A stretch of 64,000 bases of DNA from Dimargaris cristalligena (taxonomy: Eukaryota), in the NCBI GenBank assembly GCA_003614675.1, contig ML002234.1:1-64000 (forward strand). Reading direction: 5' to 3'. The translations under genes and the position numbers were made by a program. Each line of letters begins with the position of its first letter. Positions within the stretch are counted from its first letter, which is position 1. The notes beneath the pieces are model-generated. The model saw only the letters and a program-made list of their open reading frames with translations, ran no database searches and was not told where the DNA came from. This document shows, in pieces, positions 11,507-24,780 of the stretch.

Positions 11507-14500
11507 TGCTTAAATGGTTGACAATGAATTTCGAAGGAATATTTTTGCTTAGACGAATCGAGGCTATCACTTTACTTACTAAATAAAAAAATTATATAAA
11601 AAGGGATGAATGAGAGTAAAGTGAGTTTTTGAAAGAAGAAATCTCCGATGGGAACAAAAATCGGCGGGCTTGCCACAGGCAAATGAAACCGAATAAGAAT
11701 GTGAGTAAGAGTGCGGAGGAACGTAGGGGAGGGGTTACAATAGAAAGTGAAACAAGGCGATTCCGTCGAGGTTATATACGGCTATTTTTTTTAGACAAGG
11801 GTCCAGGAAACTAATTGCTCTGGGCAAGAACTCTGGGTAATATATATATTTATATGCACTCGGGTATACTTAGTAGACTTTATCGATCACCGTTCGATTG
11901 GATAAAATATACTCCGTGAAAGCACCGATTAAAAATGGAACAGACGGGCAAAGACGATGACTTCAAAGGGTCTCCTCCACTGTCCGTGTAAACCCTTTAC
12001 CCTGTTTATTATTGATTCGGACGGTTCCACAGGCTTATTAATGGAGGAAAAGGAAATATAGCTTGTCTTGTATCAAACAGGAGAGGAATTCTAGTTCCTA
12101 TTATAATATACCAATTTTACGCGTCTTCATACTAAACCTGGGTGGCAAAGTGGTCCTAATGGCTCCGTCAAGACTGCTTACTTGACTTTTGATATCCTCC
12201 CATCTCCCTACGCTTCTTTATATTAGCCGATTAATAGACCGCTATTTATACCACTGGCCATCCTATTGGTCCCCGGGCTAGGTCCTGTTTTTTTTCTCTC
12301 AGTTTCTTCATCTGAGGGTGGGAGCGCTGTGTACCCTCAATGTCGTACAGTCGAGGCGGGGGAAGCTTGGGATGCGAGGCATTGGAACAATGTACACCGA
12401 CGTTTTCCCGCTCGTTGGTATAGTCCAACATAAACGACCGGATATAAAAAATAACACCACCCAAAGTTGGAATATTCATTTCTCTCCATCCGATGGTAGA
12501 AAAAGAACGCCCAACATTAAAGATAAGTAAAAAGGGTCTAAACGAGGAGCGCTTCATGACCATTGCACAATCCCCACCCTATATAGGCCGCTGGTTTGAT
12601 TAACCCAATGTATGTGTGGGCTACGTGTCACTTGTCGGCGGAGTGGATGCGGGAATATCAGAAGCGCTAAATGAAGGGGAGAAAGGGGGTCTCGGGATGA
12701 TGTCGGTGCCGTGTTCCAATAGGAGGCCCACGTATTTCCCTAATACAGGGCAATTTGTGATTCGTTCGATAAAGTCACATTTGTTCAGTTTCGCGGTCAT
12801 CGGCGAGTGGCAAGGCTTCGCGAAGAGGACACGGTAGGTAGAGCCACCCCCTCATCAGGTTCACTTGTGATGAATGTTCCATTTGGGAAGTAATTGCATG
12901 AGGTCTCGTACTGTCAACCGCACCATACTAACAAAGGAAATACCACCATGAATGCAAGTCCGCTTGCCTCTTTGGACCAGCAAACCTATTATATACTTAT
13001 AGACACCTTGCGGCAATTAATTGATGGGGAATATAGGGACGGGGCCGTTCATAACGAGATTAGCCGGATAAGGTGGACTGAAATAGTTTCATACGGATGA
13101 TCTGCAGTGGCAAAAAACCCGAGACGAGCTCATTCACGAGCATAGCTTATGCTTCCATTACCGTACATCGGCTATTCGACCAAGCTAGTTTCCAGGCCAG
13201 GTTCGGAAATGGCTCATGAGAACTCTATCCACACGTATTTGTCCAGCTGTCAAACAGTGACCCTCTCGAGCCAGGGAAATGGGCAGGCAATTGCTCCCCT
13301 CCCTTGAATCCAACGGATATGTACATTTTCACTTGTGTTCAACTACTGCATTGAAGAACTAGGCAGTCCTGGCCATCTGGGTCGAAAAATTCGCATGTGC
13401 CGGAGCTACATCCATAGAAATATACGATGCAGAATTGATAGGGCAAAACAAAATTACTTCCCAACCACCTCTACCTCCCTCCTTTATTCCTATACGTTCG
13501 CACACGTCACCTGTAGCGTCGAAAATAGTTACGGTTAATCGTTTAACCCACCGCCACCCGTACTGAGACGTCTACGAGTCGTCGGCTCCGGAATGCTTCG
13601 CGTCATTAACCGATGAAACAAGAGCACTGGCCCCATTGTAGTCACCAGTTGCCCTACACTTCCACGCTACACGAAGGCAAAGAAAGGGATTGGTCGATAT
13701 CAACACCTAAAAAATCAGAGGAATTTTCCTCGACAATAGGCAGGGCCAATATGGCCCAGTCGGCCATGCTATAGGTACGACAATATTCGGTCACTAACAG
13801 TCGATAATCACGAAGACCGAGGGTACATGGCTGAACTGCATAGTCAAACTTGACAGAGTCACGCTAAAGAGTCGAGGCATTCCATTACTTAACCACCAAT
13901 TCACATATGATAATTGTTACAGGCGGGTGGAGCTAGGGCGTCATGCTCAAATAGCTCACAAAGACAGGTGCCTGTATACGCCAACAGGAGGTGTGCTATT
14001 TTGTTGAAAGCAAGGGTAAATTGGGTTTCCCGCCTTTTCAACTCATTTCCTTCTCCAGTCTACTATACCCTCGTTTCTTTATGTATAGGGTGGTACATCC
14101 GACGGAGTTCTGACAAATGAAAGGGTATGTCCTTCAACTGACTGTTATCACCATAGCGGGAAAGACCATCGTCTTCGAGTGTACCACAAACCCTCAACAT
14201 AGCGGGCATGGTTCTTGAGAATATTACTATAAGGTTGTATCAATTGATTAACACCCTATCACAATCTATCCAGAGGCATTTAATTCCATTAGAGACAGCC
14301 AAGAATCGGTCCAAGAAGACATCACTATTAAGTAGAGGGGTGATTAGTAATCGCCCTTTGAAGAAGACTTTTAAGAAATTGGACAAAGGCTTATCTCTAG
14401 CTTGAGAGCCGTTCTTTTTCAAATATATATATATAAATAATGTATATTAATATACCGGAGAGTGGTGCCCACCACTAAGGCCCCCTAATAAGAAACATTA

Positions 14501-14513
14501 TAATAGAGATCCC

Positions 14514-16164
14514 TCATATAAGTGCTGAACAGCCAGGGCAGTTGCGAAGGATTTCATGGATAAATAAATCACAGTCAATGCAAAACTGGTGACTGCATTT
14601 TGGACAGGCGTACCGTCCTGTGCTATTGTCAATTAGAGTGTTGGGGTGGGGGAATGATCGTAAACACGCGAAACAGCTGTAGGAGGAACGAGGACTGTGG
14701 TGCAAAAAAAAAGCCAAAGGCCAAGTGGTATGGTGTATGATTTTGGGGTTAGTCCAGATATATCATGGTGAAAGGCATGTCTCAGCCAAGGCTATTTAGA
14801 TACAGGATTAGACACTCCAGAATAAAAAAACGAAGACTCGAAATCATAAGACCGAAACTAAAGTACTACTTACGGAGTTGATTCCAATTCCTTAAAGTTG
14901 GGAACGGGGAAAATATGGTGGTAGGACCGGGCCAAATGGGGACTGGAAACTAGGGTAAGGTTGCATATCGGGCAATCGGTGGGAAGCTCACAGACTTTGC
15001 ACTTGCAGCGAGGGCAAACATAACCTCCCACTACGGGCTTGTTATGGCTGCATTACAAAGAGGTGGTGTCGAATATAAGGGCGACATATGTAGGAGAGTG
15101 GACAATAATTCCTAGTTAGAAGTTCGACCCATCATTCTAAGGAAGAAACCTAGGCCACTTGAACACAAGCGGTAATAAATATTTTTATAATTGTCCTACT
15201 CGTTTAACCAAATAATGTATAGCTATGTTTGATGCATATAGTATAATTCCACGACTTACCAGACACAAATTGTGGGGATACGATCCACGATTTTCTTCGG
15301 GAATCCCATTTGAATCAAATCGGATGCCTTAGTTCGCCCACTATGCAATGGCGGGGGCGGAATAGATTCAAACAGGAGGTCCTTAAAGTGGGCCTCGTTC
15401 ATGACCACGTTAAATGTACCTCCCGTGGTGGTGCACAGCTCCCGGAACACGCGCACCTCCGCGGCCAGATGCACCATGGAACAGCGCATATGTTTCGTCA
15501 CCGCCGCCTTAATGGTCAACTGAATATTGCCGGGGTCGCAGGACGTGAGGGATCCAAACACGAGTTGGATTTCGCGGGTGCCGTGGGCGGGGGCATGGCC
15601 CAGGGTGTTCATGGCAATCTCGAGGGCGTTCTGCAGGGACGGTTCCCCGCGGGCATTCGTATGCCGTTTATTCTTCAGGGCCCTAATATGATCCATCGGA
15701 TTACCGCCCAACTCCGTGATTTTCTCGGCCTTCCCGTCACGCGTCACAATAATCCCGAGTTGACTGAGGGGGTTCTGATCGAAGTACTCGGCGATGTAGG
15801 CCTCCAGGTTCGACAGGACTAGCTCCAACCGGCTGGGGCGCAGGTCTTTATCGAGCATGGCCGACGACATGTCGAGAATGATAATGACGTGACGGATAAT
15901 ACCCCGTTGGACCGAGGCCGTGTCCCGCAGGCGGCGGCGGCGTTTTTTTTGTTGCTGGAGATTGGCGACCATGCTGGTGAGGCTGCCGCCCTCATCCTCG
16001 CGGATGCCATCCCAACTCCGCTTGTACTCCTCCTCCCAGGCGTACCCCCCGCCCGCGGACCCTGCGATGCCGCCCACTTCGGGCTCGCCCTCGCCTGTAT
16101 CATCGATGTCAATAAACTCTTCCGTGGGCTGGGGTGGTTTGGCATTGCCGGGGGCTTTACTCAT
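14514..16164 (-). CDS. SSL1: TFIIH subunit p44/Ssl1 (GTF2H2), 3 exons: 16164-15260, 15047-14874, 14694-14514; about 419 aa
   Basis: [13 protein letters not shown], vWA domain ([24 protein letters not shown]), C4 zinc finger ([21 protein letters not shown]) and C-terminal C1-like finger ([18 protein letters not shown]). Confidence 0.95.
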
Positions 16165-16824
16165 GCTGGAACGTTGAAAATGGCTATCCCAATCGACTGG
16201 GAATCGGTTAGAGGGGTCCGGTTGGGGTGAATGGAGAAATAATAAGGCTGGTTGTATAGATTTGGTAACTACTGGTGTGAATGCGAGCAGCTTAACATTG
16301 TTCTACTAAAAGGCAGGGTTGAAAATAAACTATTTTACAGGATGAATCAGTTAATGCGAATACAGTCTACGGGTGGAAAACTTAATGGAGAAGTGGTATG
16401 GAAATAATAAATTGATTTCGTCAAAACAGTGAAGGTTTCTACAAACGGTTAAAATCGAGTTTGGAAGGTGAACAATTCAGTAAGCACCCATGCGGTATTC
16501 GGAAGGCCTCACAGACATTGAGACAGGTTATCCAGGGTTTAACGTAGGAACGGTTCTTTATCTTTAAGTAGCCCATTGGAAGAGTGCCCTCAACAAAGTC
16601 GGAGAAGGGGGTGTGAAGTAGGAGTATATTGGCAGTCCCATCTTGAGCAACGCCTGGCCCATTGCTTTTACCCATGTAATCCCTCCACCCTCCCTTCACT
16701 CCATTACTTCCGACTTTCATATTATATATAACTGCCTGCTTTTTTCATAAAGGGATAGCTCCGACTCTTTCCTTCCACTCCCGGACACTTTAACATCTCC
16801 CCTTTAACCCAACCCGCGCTAACC

Positions 16825-17762
16825 ATGCTCACCGCCTTACCCCGCCAGCTCGGATGCCGGCTCCTTGGCCTCTCAACCCGCCCCCATCTGGTCCCGACCA
16901 AGGCGGCAGGGACGGTTCGCCCGACCTTCCAGCCCCGGCCATTTTCAACGAACACCCCATGGAGGTACCTCGACATGCGGGGGCAGTCCCTCATCCCCTA
17001 TGTAGTTGAACGAACCTCGGGCGGGGAACGCTCCTACGACATCTTTTCACGTTTGTTGCGGGAGCGTATTATTTGTCTCAATGGACAAGTGAACGATAGC
17101 ATGGCCTCCGTCATTGTTGCTCAGCTGCTTTTCTTGGAGGCCGAAAGTCCCGAAAAGCCCATTAGTCTATACATCAACAGTCCCGGGGGTAGTGTGACAG
17201 CCGGATTGGCTATTTATGATACGATGCAGTACATCCAGTCCCCCGTGTCGACGCTCTGCCAGGGTCAGGCCTGTTCGATGGGCTCCCTACTTCTGGCCGC
17301 TGGGGCCCCGGGCCAACGCTTTGCGCTGCCCAATGCGAGCATTATGATCCATCAGCCCAGTGGTGGCGCCTCAGGCCAGGCTAGTGATATTGCCATCCAC
17401 GCTCGGGAGATTCTTAAGACCCGTGATCGATTGAACCGTATCTACCAGAAGCACACTAACCAGGAGCTGGGCACCATAGGTAAATACAAGTGTTTAGTTT
17501 AGAAGATCATTAATAGATATCTTTTATTATTTCCCACTTCTGGAAAATTAAAGGTTGCCCATTACCGACGGATATCTCTTGAATATTTTGCCTGGCCTTT
17601 GTCTAACACGTGTCATTTTATATACTCTGACGAACCACCCCCACCTGTCCATCCTATCCCCCCATTTCAGAGAAAATGATGGAGCGGGACTATTTCCTCA
17701 CACCCGCCGAAGCACTTAAACTGGGCCTAATTGATGAAGTTATGGAGAAGCGACCGGCCTAA
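16825..17762 (+). CDS. CLPP: Mitochondrial ATP-dependent Clp protease proteolytic subunit, 2 exons: 16825-17479, 17671-17762; about 248 aa
   Basis: Arg-rich presequence lacking acidic residues, then [22 protein letters not shown], catalytic ACSMG (Ser), IMIHQP (His) and MERDYF (Asp, in exon 2). Confidence 0.95.
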
Positions 17763-20115
17763 TCAGGAAGATTCTACCGCCCGGGTTGTTCATGCCAACA
17801 AACCAGCCAGAGGTGGTTACAGTAACCAAATGGTATTGAACATCCCACCTAAGGGATTCTTAATGACCCCGGATTTAAATGGCTGCCTTAGCTAACCACG
17901 AAGAACGCCCAAATATAAGATATAATCCAACATTCTCTGCCATATACTTTGTAAGAATAAACTTTGAGACAACTCCAATGTAACTTTTTTGGTCCATTTT
18001 GTAAACCAATATTTTTTAGGAAAGCTTTAATTTATTCGTCGATACCAAAAGTAGGAAGAGTAGTAATTTCTACCAAAATGAGGGCATGAACTTTACTCTG
18101 GAATATCCCGAAAGCGCAAATAGGTACGCATACTTAAAGGGCCGTTGGAGTAGAAAAAAAGTCGATGGCCAACTTTAAAACTACCAATTCTATAAGAGCT
18201 GTCCCACTGTAGCTTGGCGAGTATAAAAACAGTGGCAATTAGCCCTTACTTTTTATCAAAATTAGTTTGCCAGTATCGGTCAGATTTTAGGATAATGGCC
18301 CAAGCTCTTCAGGGTAATATTGGATCTAGCGATGCTATAGTCAACTGTCACGGGCATTTTTGGGGATAGATAGTGGTCAGCGACTTCACTCCTTGAGGTC
18401 ACCAGGGTCACTATCATTCAAACAGCCACCTCTCTCAGCATGCAATTTCAGCAAGAGAGCCCAGGATCGTCGATGAAAATATGGGGACATACCCATATTA
18501 ATTTGCAGGTCCCTACACCGATTGCGTTTGTGCAGACGGGCGCACTTGCGGAAATTAAAGAGGCGGATAGGTGAGGGAATGTTGGCCTAGCTGGAATTTT
18601 GCCAACGGCCCTGCCGACCTGTGGACCTCTATAGTGGTCTTTTATACTGTACATGATTTTGGCTTTCTATTCCGCCTCGACAACTATGGTCCTTTCCCAT
18701 TTCCGCATCACTCTATTCCCCAATAGTCTCACCTGCTCAGTAGATTTATCACTCAACCTCGGCAGTCGCTTAATTAAACCACACCCCAGGCGGTAACCCG
18801 AATAAACGACGACGGGTATTAGGGTCAGGCCCTTATTAAGTAAATATCGCAATCTATACCGTTCTTCCGAAGCTCGAATTTCGCACCTTTCCCGCCGGGA
18901 CCTTGGCTTCTACGGGTTACATTGCCCACCTTTTCGACTCTCTTTTATAGGGATAGCTTCTTGGAAAGAAATTGGCATTTCTCACCTAGCCACTTTTCAA
19001 TCAAGGAAAGTAAATTATAATGGCGGGTATGCCAATGGGTAATACTAGTCGGTTGTAGGCCAAAACTGCAATGGAGATCTCTTTGCGTCTTTTTTTTTTT
19101 GTTTGAAGGGGGACGCTTCGTAAAACCCCCTCATTTCAAGGGGGTCATAAATATCCGACCAACCTTTTTGGGAAATGACTTTCCTGCCAGTCGCAGATTT
19201 TTCTCTCCTCTCTATCCCTCTCTCTGTTAGTCTCCTGCTCACATATCCCGAGCCAAGGGATCGACTAAATGACCGGTGCCCAATCGTGAGTCTCGAGGAT
19301 GCCATTATGGAAAATAGCTTGGAAACATCGATGTTCGATGGAACATACCCAGTCCATTATTGAAATGACGAGGGGACAAACGGAAAATTTGATATCAAAG
19401 AAATGGTGGTAAAGGTTGGCGATAGGGTTAGCGAGCCCCGTATGCTCTCCGGTGCAAACACAAAGACAATTGTACACGAACGAGAGTAGACTTGGCACCA
19501 CTATCCTAGAGGTCGGGGATCTTTTCGAGCGTTAGCCAATATTGGGGTGCTAAAGGCACAGAGGTAGGCGGGTCTTGTCGGGTATAGTCTACATCCCCTA
19601 GCCTACGTTTACATTGAAGACTCCTCGAAATTCTTGCCTTGGCATACTGTATCGAATCTCTATACATGATCCACCCTACTAATCCATTGGATATATAAAT
19701 GGTGTCTTTGGACACTATCGTAAAATGCATCACTTCATACCTCTTCCTCATCTGGGAATAGCTTCTCACCGACTCCCTGCTTTTCATACATTTAATTCAC
19801 AGCCATTCGACAGTCACAGTTTAGGTTATCCACTCCACCCAACTGATATCTTGTTTATTTCATCTGGGTATACCTCGTGGATATCACTATTAGTTGCATG
19901 CCTGTGAATTGACCTGCCACCCCCCTCCCATATAATTATTTTAGCTAAAATACACCCAGTTGAGAATTATGAAGGATTCGTTTTTTATTTATTGACTATA
20001 CATTGCCACATTTGTTAGCCTGTTTGTTTCCCGTAACTGCACTCACTGTATCTATTGACACTTATGCCATTGCTTTACCCATCAGGCAGTTTTCAAGTAA
20101 TACCAACCTCTCATA

Positions 20116-21216
20116 ATGGTGGCTCGACTCATTTTGGTCGTCGGCCTTGGGGCCTGTCTCTTTGCCCTGGCGCAAGCCCACATGGCCATCTATGACCCTT
20201 GTATTATGGACACCAGAAACGACAAATGCAAAGGTTTCGGTAAGGTCGACTACGATATTGCGTCACCCACTGGCCAGGCCCACCAGTACGACGACAAGAA
20301 TGGTGTGGAGAATCTCAACGGCGGGGTTTGCCGTACCATGCCGAACGAAAAAACCGCCGTTACTTGGGCCGCTGGCAGCACCAACACCATCACATTTGCC
20401 AACCACGGCAGCCATAAGGGCGGCTTTTGCGAGTGGGCCGTATCGTACAATGAAGGGGTCACATTTGTCGTTTTCAACACCGACCTGAACTATCTCAAAG
20501 ACGCCAAGGACATCGAAAAATACTCGGAGAAGTTGACGTTGCCCGCGGGGTTGCCCAATGGCAATGCGACTATTTCGTGGACTTGGGTCAATCGGGAGGG
20601 ATTCCGCGAGTTCTACTGGAGCTGTTTCCGAGCGCAAATCACGGGCAGTACGGCCACGTCGTTCGTGGGCAAACCGCTGGCAATTTTTAATTTTGCCTTT
20701 GTCCACAACGGCAAAGCCATGGCCTACGTACTGCCCGAATTCAGGAATAAGAAGGAATACACGGAGTTGTACACCAACCGCCCCGATATCGAAGTATCGG
20801 CTACGACGGTGACCGGTGGGGAAGGGAGTATTTTCCCGCTGAAACTGGAAGGGGCCAAGGGACTCAAGGTAAAGTACGAGGACTGTCTGTACATTCCCGA
20901 TAAGATGCCGGTGGCTTTGACCAACAACGGCGTCGAAAGTGTCGCTAAAATTGCCGCGGCCGCCACCGTAGCTGCCCTTCCCGCCATTATACCCCTACCC
21001 GTCGTACTACCCCCGGCCAAGGAAGGTACCAAGGACCTGTCTAGGGACGACGACCAGAAGGACCAACCTAAAGGCGACGATAAAAACGAGAATAGGGACA
21101 AGGATAACAAGAAAAATAGGAAAAAGAGTAAGGACAAGAAGAGAAAGAGGAAGAATAAGAAGCACCGCAAGAACAAGACCAGAACTAAGGTCAGAAATAG
21201 GAGCAGGCCCATGTAG
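20116..21216 (+). CDS. Secreted AA11-like lytic polysaccharide monooxygenase with Lys/Arg-rich tail (366 aa)
   Basis: Signal peptide ending AQA|H exposes His1. SHKGGFCEWAVSYN and LPNGNATISWTWVNREGFREFYWSC match the AA11 motifs HxGGxCQxS and WTWxNxxGNRExYMNC. Confidence 0.8.
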   Translation: MVARLILVVGLGACLFALAQAHMAIYDPCIMDTRNDKCKGFGKVDYDIASPTGQAHQYDDKNGVENLNGGVCRTMPNEKTAVTWAAGSTNTITFANHGSHKGGFCEWAVSYNEGVTFVVFNTDLNYLKDAKDIEKYSEKLTLPAGLPNGNATISWTWVNREGFREFYWSCFRAQITGSTATSFVGKPLAIFNFAFVHNGKAMAYVLPEFRNKKEYTELYTNRPDIEVSATTVTGGEGSIFPLKLEGAKGLKVKYEDCLYIPDKMPVALTNNGVESVAKIAAAATVAALPAIIPLPVVLPPAKEGTKDLSRDDDQKDQPKGDDKNENRDKDNKKNRKKSKDKKRKRKNKKHRKNKTRTKVRNRSRPM

Positions 21217-23514
21217 CTAGCACCGATGATCGCGACTATCCGACCCGCTGTAATTAAAAGGACAATTTCGCCGAATGGACTCTCCATTTCCCCTCCCTAT
21301 GATTTATATTCCTCGACCTATATCTGTTCACTCGCCCAGTATAATATGTAAGGATACATTGGCATTCTTCTCCCTACCACTCTCGCCTCCACTGTCGTTA
21401 TCTGTGCAATATCCTCCGATTTATGTGTTAGACTGCTGGTCAGTCTAGCGGATATCGGTATTGTTCCCCACGGAACTCGGCATACGCCAATAAAAATACC
21501 CGTTTTTTATGCCAAATCCAAATGGTCTTGACCCTCCATTTATGTGCTGGATTATTTGAAGTTGAACATCACTTGGATAAATTTTGGACAATATGATTTT
21601 TTTCATTTACTTGCCCAATACCAGGAACCGGTCCATACCGGCATTCTATCGGGTATTCGCGTGGCTCCTACGGTGCGGTGCTTTAGCCCTATGTAGAAAG
21701 TAGACAGTGTGTATTCACCTGTATTTCAAATATCTCTCTCGCTCTTTTGGCCCACCTATTAATTACCAGCCTGCTCATTGAGCCGTAAATGGTTACAGTA
21801 TGGCCAAGATATCACTCGTTTATTTTACCATTAAATCTGCCGGTAATGTAAATTTAGAGACGGTTAATGTTCTTTTATCACGGGGCACATGTCTTGCCTT
21901 GGGATACGACGGGATGAGGCGGTGTATAGCCAGGGATCAATCGGCACACCACCATGTCATGGAGTAGGCTTTGGTAGGAAGGAGGATGTAGAGGCGGCAA
22001 GCTGATCCTAACGAACGGGGGGGGAGGGTAATGGACCAAAGAGGTAGACTCCGATCCAACTCGGGCCCCGCACGGTGACGCTGAGGCCAACGGCGGGGAG
22101 GGTTGGTAAGAAATAAGCGGGAGTAACCCCCAAACCAGTGAGGGGATATCTAGGCGGGTAGGCCATCCCACGAGGGTAAATGGCCGACCGATTATGATTT
22201 CCAAGAAAACAGATACTCCGGCCCATACACTTTCGGTAACCATACACCCCCTCCCCTCATCTAATAGCGGTACCCTGCCTAATTAGTATGCGACATTTTT
22301 TATATTGAAAACCCATGGGCAATATAAAGCAGGGGTGGTATAGCAGTTGGAGAAGGCGGTGGAATAGTAATAGGACAGCCGAAGGTCTCGGGATTTACCC
22401 GCCTTTGTCCAATCCCTTACTATTCGCCTTCACAATCAGATGGGTTGAAGAACCAAGGAGATGGATCGGGAATAAAGGGTGTGGGTTGGTCAGGGAGGGA
22501 GGGAGGAGGAGGGGGGTATCCCTCACCCTCCACCACCGCCGGTAGAGCGGAAGGACCTAGCTACTGCGTGGGTAACCGATTTCGACCCCATGTATATAGT
22601 TAATTTAATTTAAAAAAGCATCGAGATGAAGAATATATAAATAAAAATACAGCCTTTTTACTGCAGATTTCGTTATAAAGCATGGACACTCTTAGTAAGA
22701 TTGAGTTTGTAAAATAATGAAATGTTCGGCTCTATACCGGATGGACTGGAGACTCGCACAGTTTGACCCTTTTGCCGGTGCATAAAATGGCCGAATGCAG
22801 GTGAGAAGAGGCCCGCCAAAGCCGCACGGGTTGCTCCCTTTTCCCCCAATGGCTCTCGTCTGGAACGCTTAGGCCCCTCTGTCGAAATTGACAATGGCCA
22901 AGATCATCTGGGTGACCCAGTCCGATCGGGACATCGTTAGTTACGCCGATAATTGGCCTGAAGCAATATACAAGGGGGTAGCTGTTGCGCAGGCGACAGT
23001 CGCATCCATGGGATCTACCTCCCCCTCTTCGCTGCGTCGGGGCGGCTGGCGATACTCGAAGGGGGATGAATTCCATCAAAGAGTTGCAACCACCACTTAT
23101 CCGAAGTACTTAAGGCCGAATGTAAAACAGTGCCCGAAGGTATCCCACCTTCGCCTCGCCGAACTTAAATACGGGCCATCCCGCCCTCAAACTAGCATTC
23201 ATTAAGCCAGTTTCCCAACCAACTCCTTTCTTGATTTTCTCTATATCAGCTGCTGAATTCTACATCACACATCTCTGTGTTTGTCCTGTTTTGTATAATA
23301 CCGACTTGTAGCTTGCTTTTTATAAGAACGGATTTCTGCGTTTCCTGTTCCTACCAGCTGATGTTTCGAGAAAATTTTGATATATACGATTAGTCTACTC
23401 CTCTTTTGCTTAATTCGGTTCCATCTATTCAACGGCGTGGCTTGACTGTTTTGCCGTTACCTACATTTACCTATTTAACTTCTCTCCGCCCAGCGCACCA
23501 TTATTACACCCACC

Positions 23515-24780
23515 ATGGTGGCTGCCTACCTAACTATGTTCGGCCTTCTGGCCCTTCCACTCACCTTAGTCCAGGCCCACTTTACCATCTACGACCCCTG
23601 TATTCCGAAGTCCGAAAATTCCAAATGTGCACCAAAGTTCGGCGCTAAAGACGATAATGCTGCGGCGCCTACCGGCCAGGGCCTCCAGTACGACGACAAG
23701 GGGGGTGTGACTAATCTCAATGGCGGGATTTGCCGTACCATGCCGGGCACGGAAGTCGCCGCCACTTGGGCCGCCGGCTCTACCAACAAGATTCAGTTCA
23801 TGAACCACGGTAACCATAAAGGGGGGTTCTGCGAATGGTCTATTTCGTACAACAATGGCAAAACATTCGTATCCTTTGAATTCAATAAGGATTGTTTAAC
23901 GGATGCTTCCACTGAGCCCGCTAATGACGCCGAATTTTACAACATGAACCTGAAACTTCCGGCCGGGTTGCCTGCGGGTAAAGCCATCATATCGTGGACC
24001 TGGGTGAATCGCGAAGGGCACCGCGAATTTTATTGGAATTGTTTCCGCGCCCAGATTACGGGTGGTACGTCCACGTCGATTACGGGGCCTCCCGTGGCGC
24101 TCTTCCATTTTGTGTTCACGCACGGGGGTAAGAAGATGGCCTACGTGTTACCCGAGTTTGCCGATGATAAGGACAAGGAACCTTTAGTAACTTACTACAC
24201 CTCCCGTACGGATATCACCATGACGGTCACTACGAGCGGCGCGACGGTTACCGGCGGCCAGGGCAATATTTTCCCCGTCATCATCGAGGCTACAAAAGGG
24301 GACAAACTTGCGGGCGGGTCGTGCAAATATATCAAGTCTGGCGATACCATTGCAGCCCTGCCTAACAATACTGGCGATGGTGGGGCCGGCTCAGCTAAAA
24401 CTACAATCACGACGACTAGTGGCACTAGGTCCGCCCTTCCTCCACCGGCCAGTCTGGTAGAATCCACCGACAGTACCGAGCTCAATGCCACTACTGATGG
24501 CGACGTCAGCGGTGGTGCTGAAATGACCGACGCGTCCACCAGCTACAATAACGACGAAGGTGATGAGGATGGAGATGAGGATGAGGACGAAGACGGCGAC
24601 GACGGCGATGATGACGATGATGATGACGATGGTGATGACGACGGTGATGACAATGGTGATGATGATGATGATGATGATGATGACGGCGACGACGACGAAG
24701 ACGACCACAAGGGAAGGGGGGGAAGGGGGGGAAGAGGGGGAAGGAAGGGCCGGAGACACGACGACGACGACGACGAATAA
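23515..24780 (+). CDS. Secreted AA11-like LPMO, tandem paralog with Asp-rich tail (421 aa)
   Basis: VQA|HFTIYDPC, NHKGGFCEWSISYN and SWTWVNREGHREFYWNC. Collinear with the 20116 gene over the first 270-290 aa or so. Confidence 0.8.
   Translation: MVAAYLTMFGLLALPLTLVQAHFTIYDPCIPKSENSKCAPKFGAKDDNAAAPTGQGLQYDDKGGVTNLNGGICRTMPGTEVAATWAAGSTNKIQFMNHGNHKGGFCEWSISYNNGKTFVSFEFNKDCLTDASTEPANDAEFYNMNLKLPAGLPAGKAIISWTWVNREGHREFYWNCFRAQITGGTSTSITGPPVALFHFVFTHGGKKMAYVLPEFADDKDKEPLVTYYTSRTDITMTVTTSGATVTGGQGNIFPVIIEATKGDKLAGGSCKYIKSGDTIAALPNNTGDGGAGSAKTTITTTSGTRSALPPPASLVESTDSTELNATTDGDVSGGAEMTDASTSYNNDEGDEDGDEDEDEDGDDGDDDDDDDDGDDDGDDNGDDDDDDDDDGDDDEDDHKGRGGRGGRGGRKGRRHDDDDDE

Noticed and set aside
21214-21351. 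Stop-codon readthrough in the LPMOs (TAG CTAG here, TAA CTA in the paralog)
   Set aside because: The efficient motif is TGA CTA(G). The extensions (44 aa versus 3 aa) are unrelated and carry no targeting signal.
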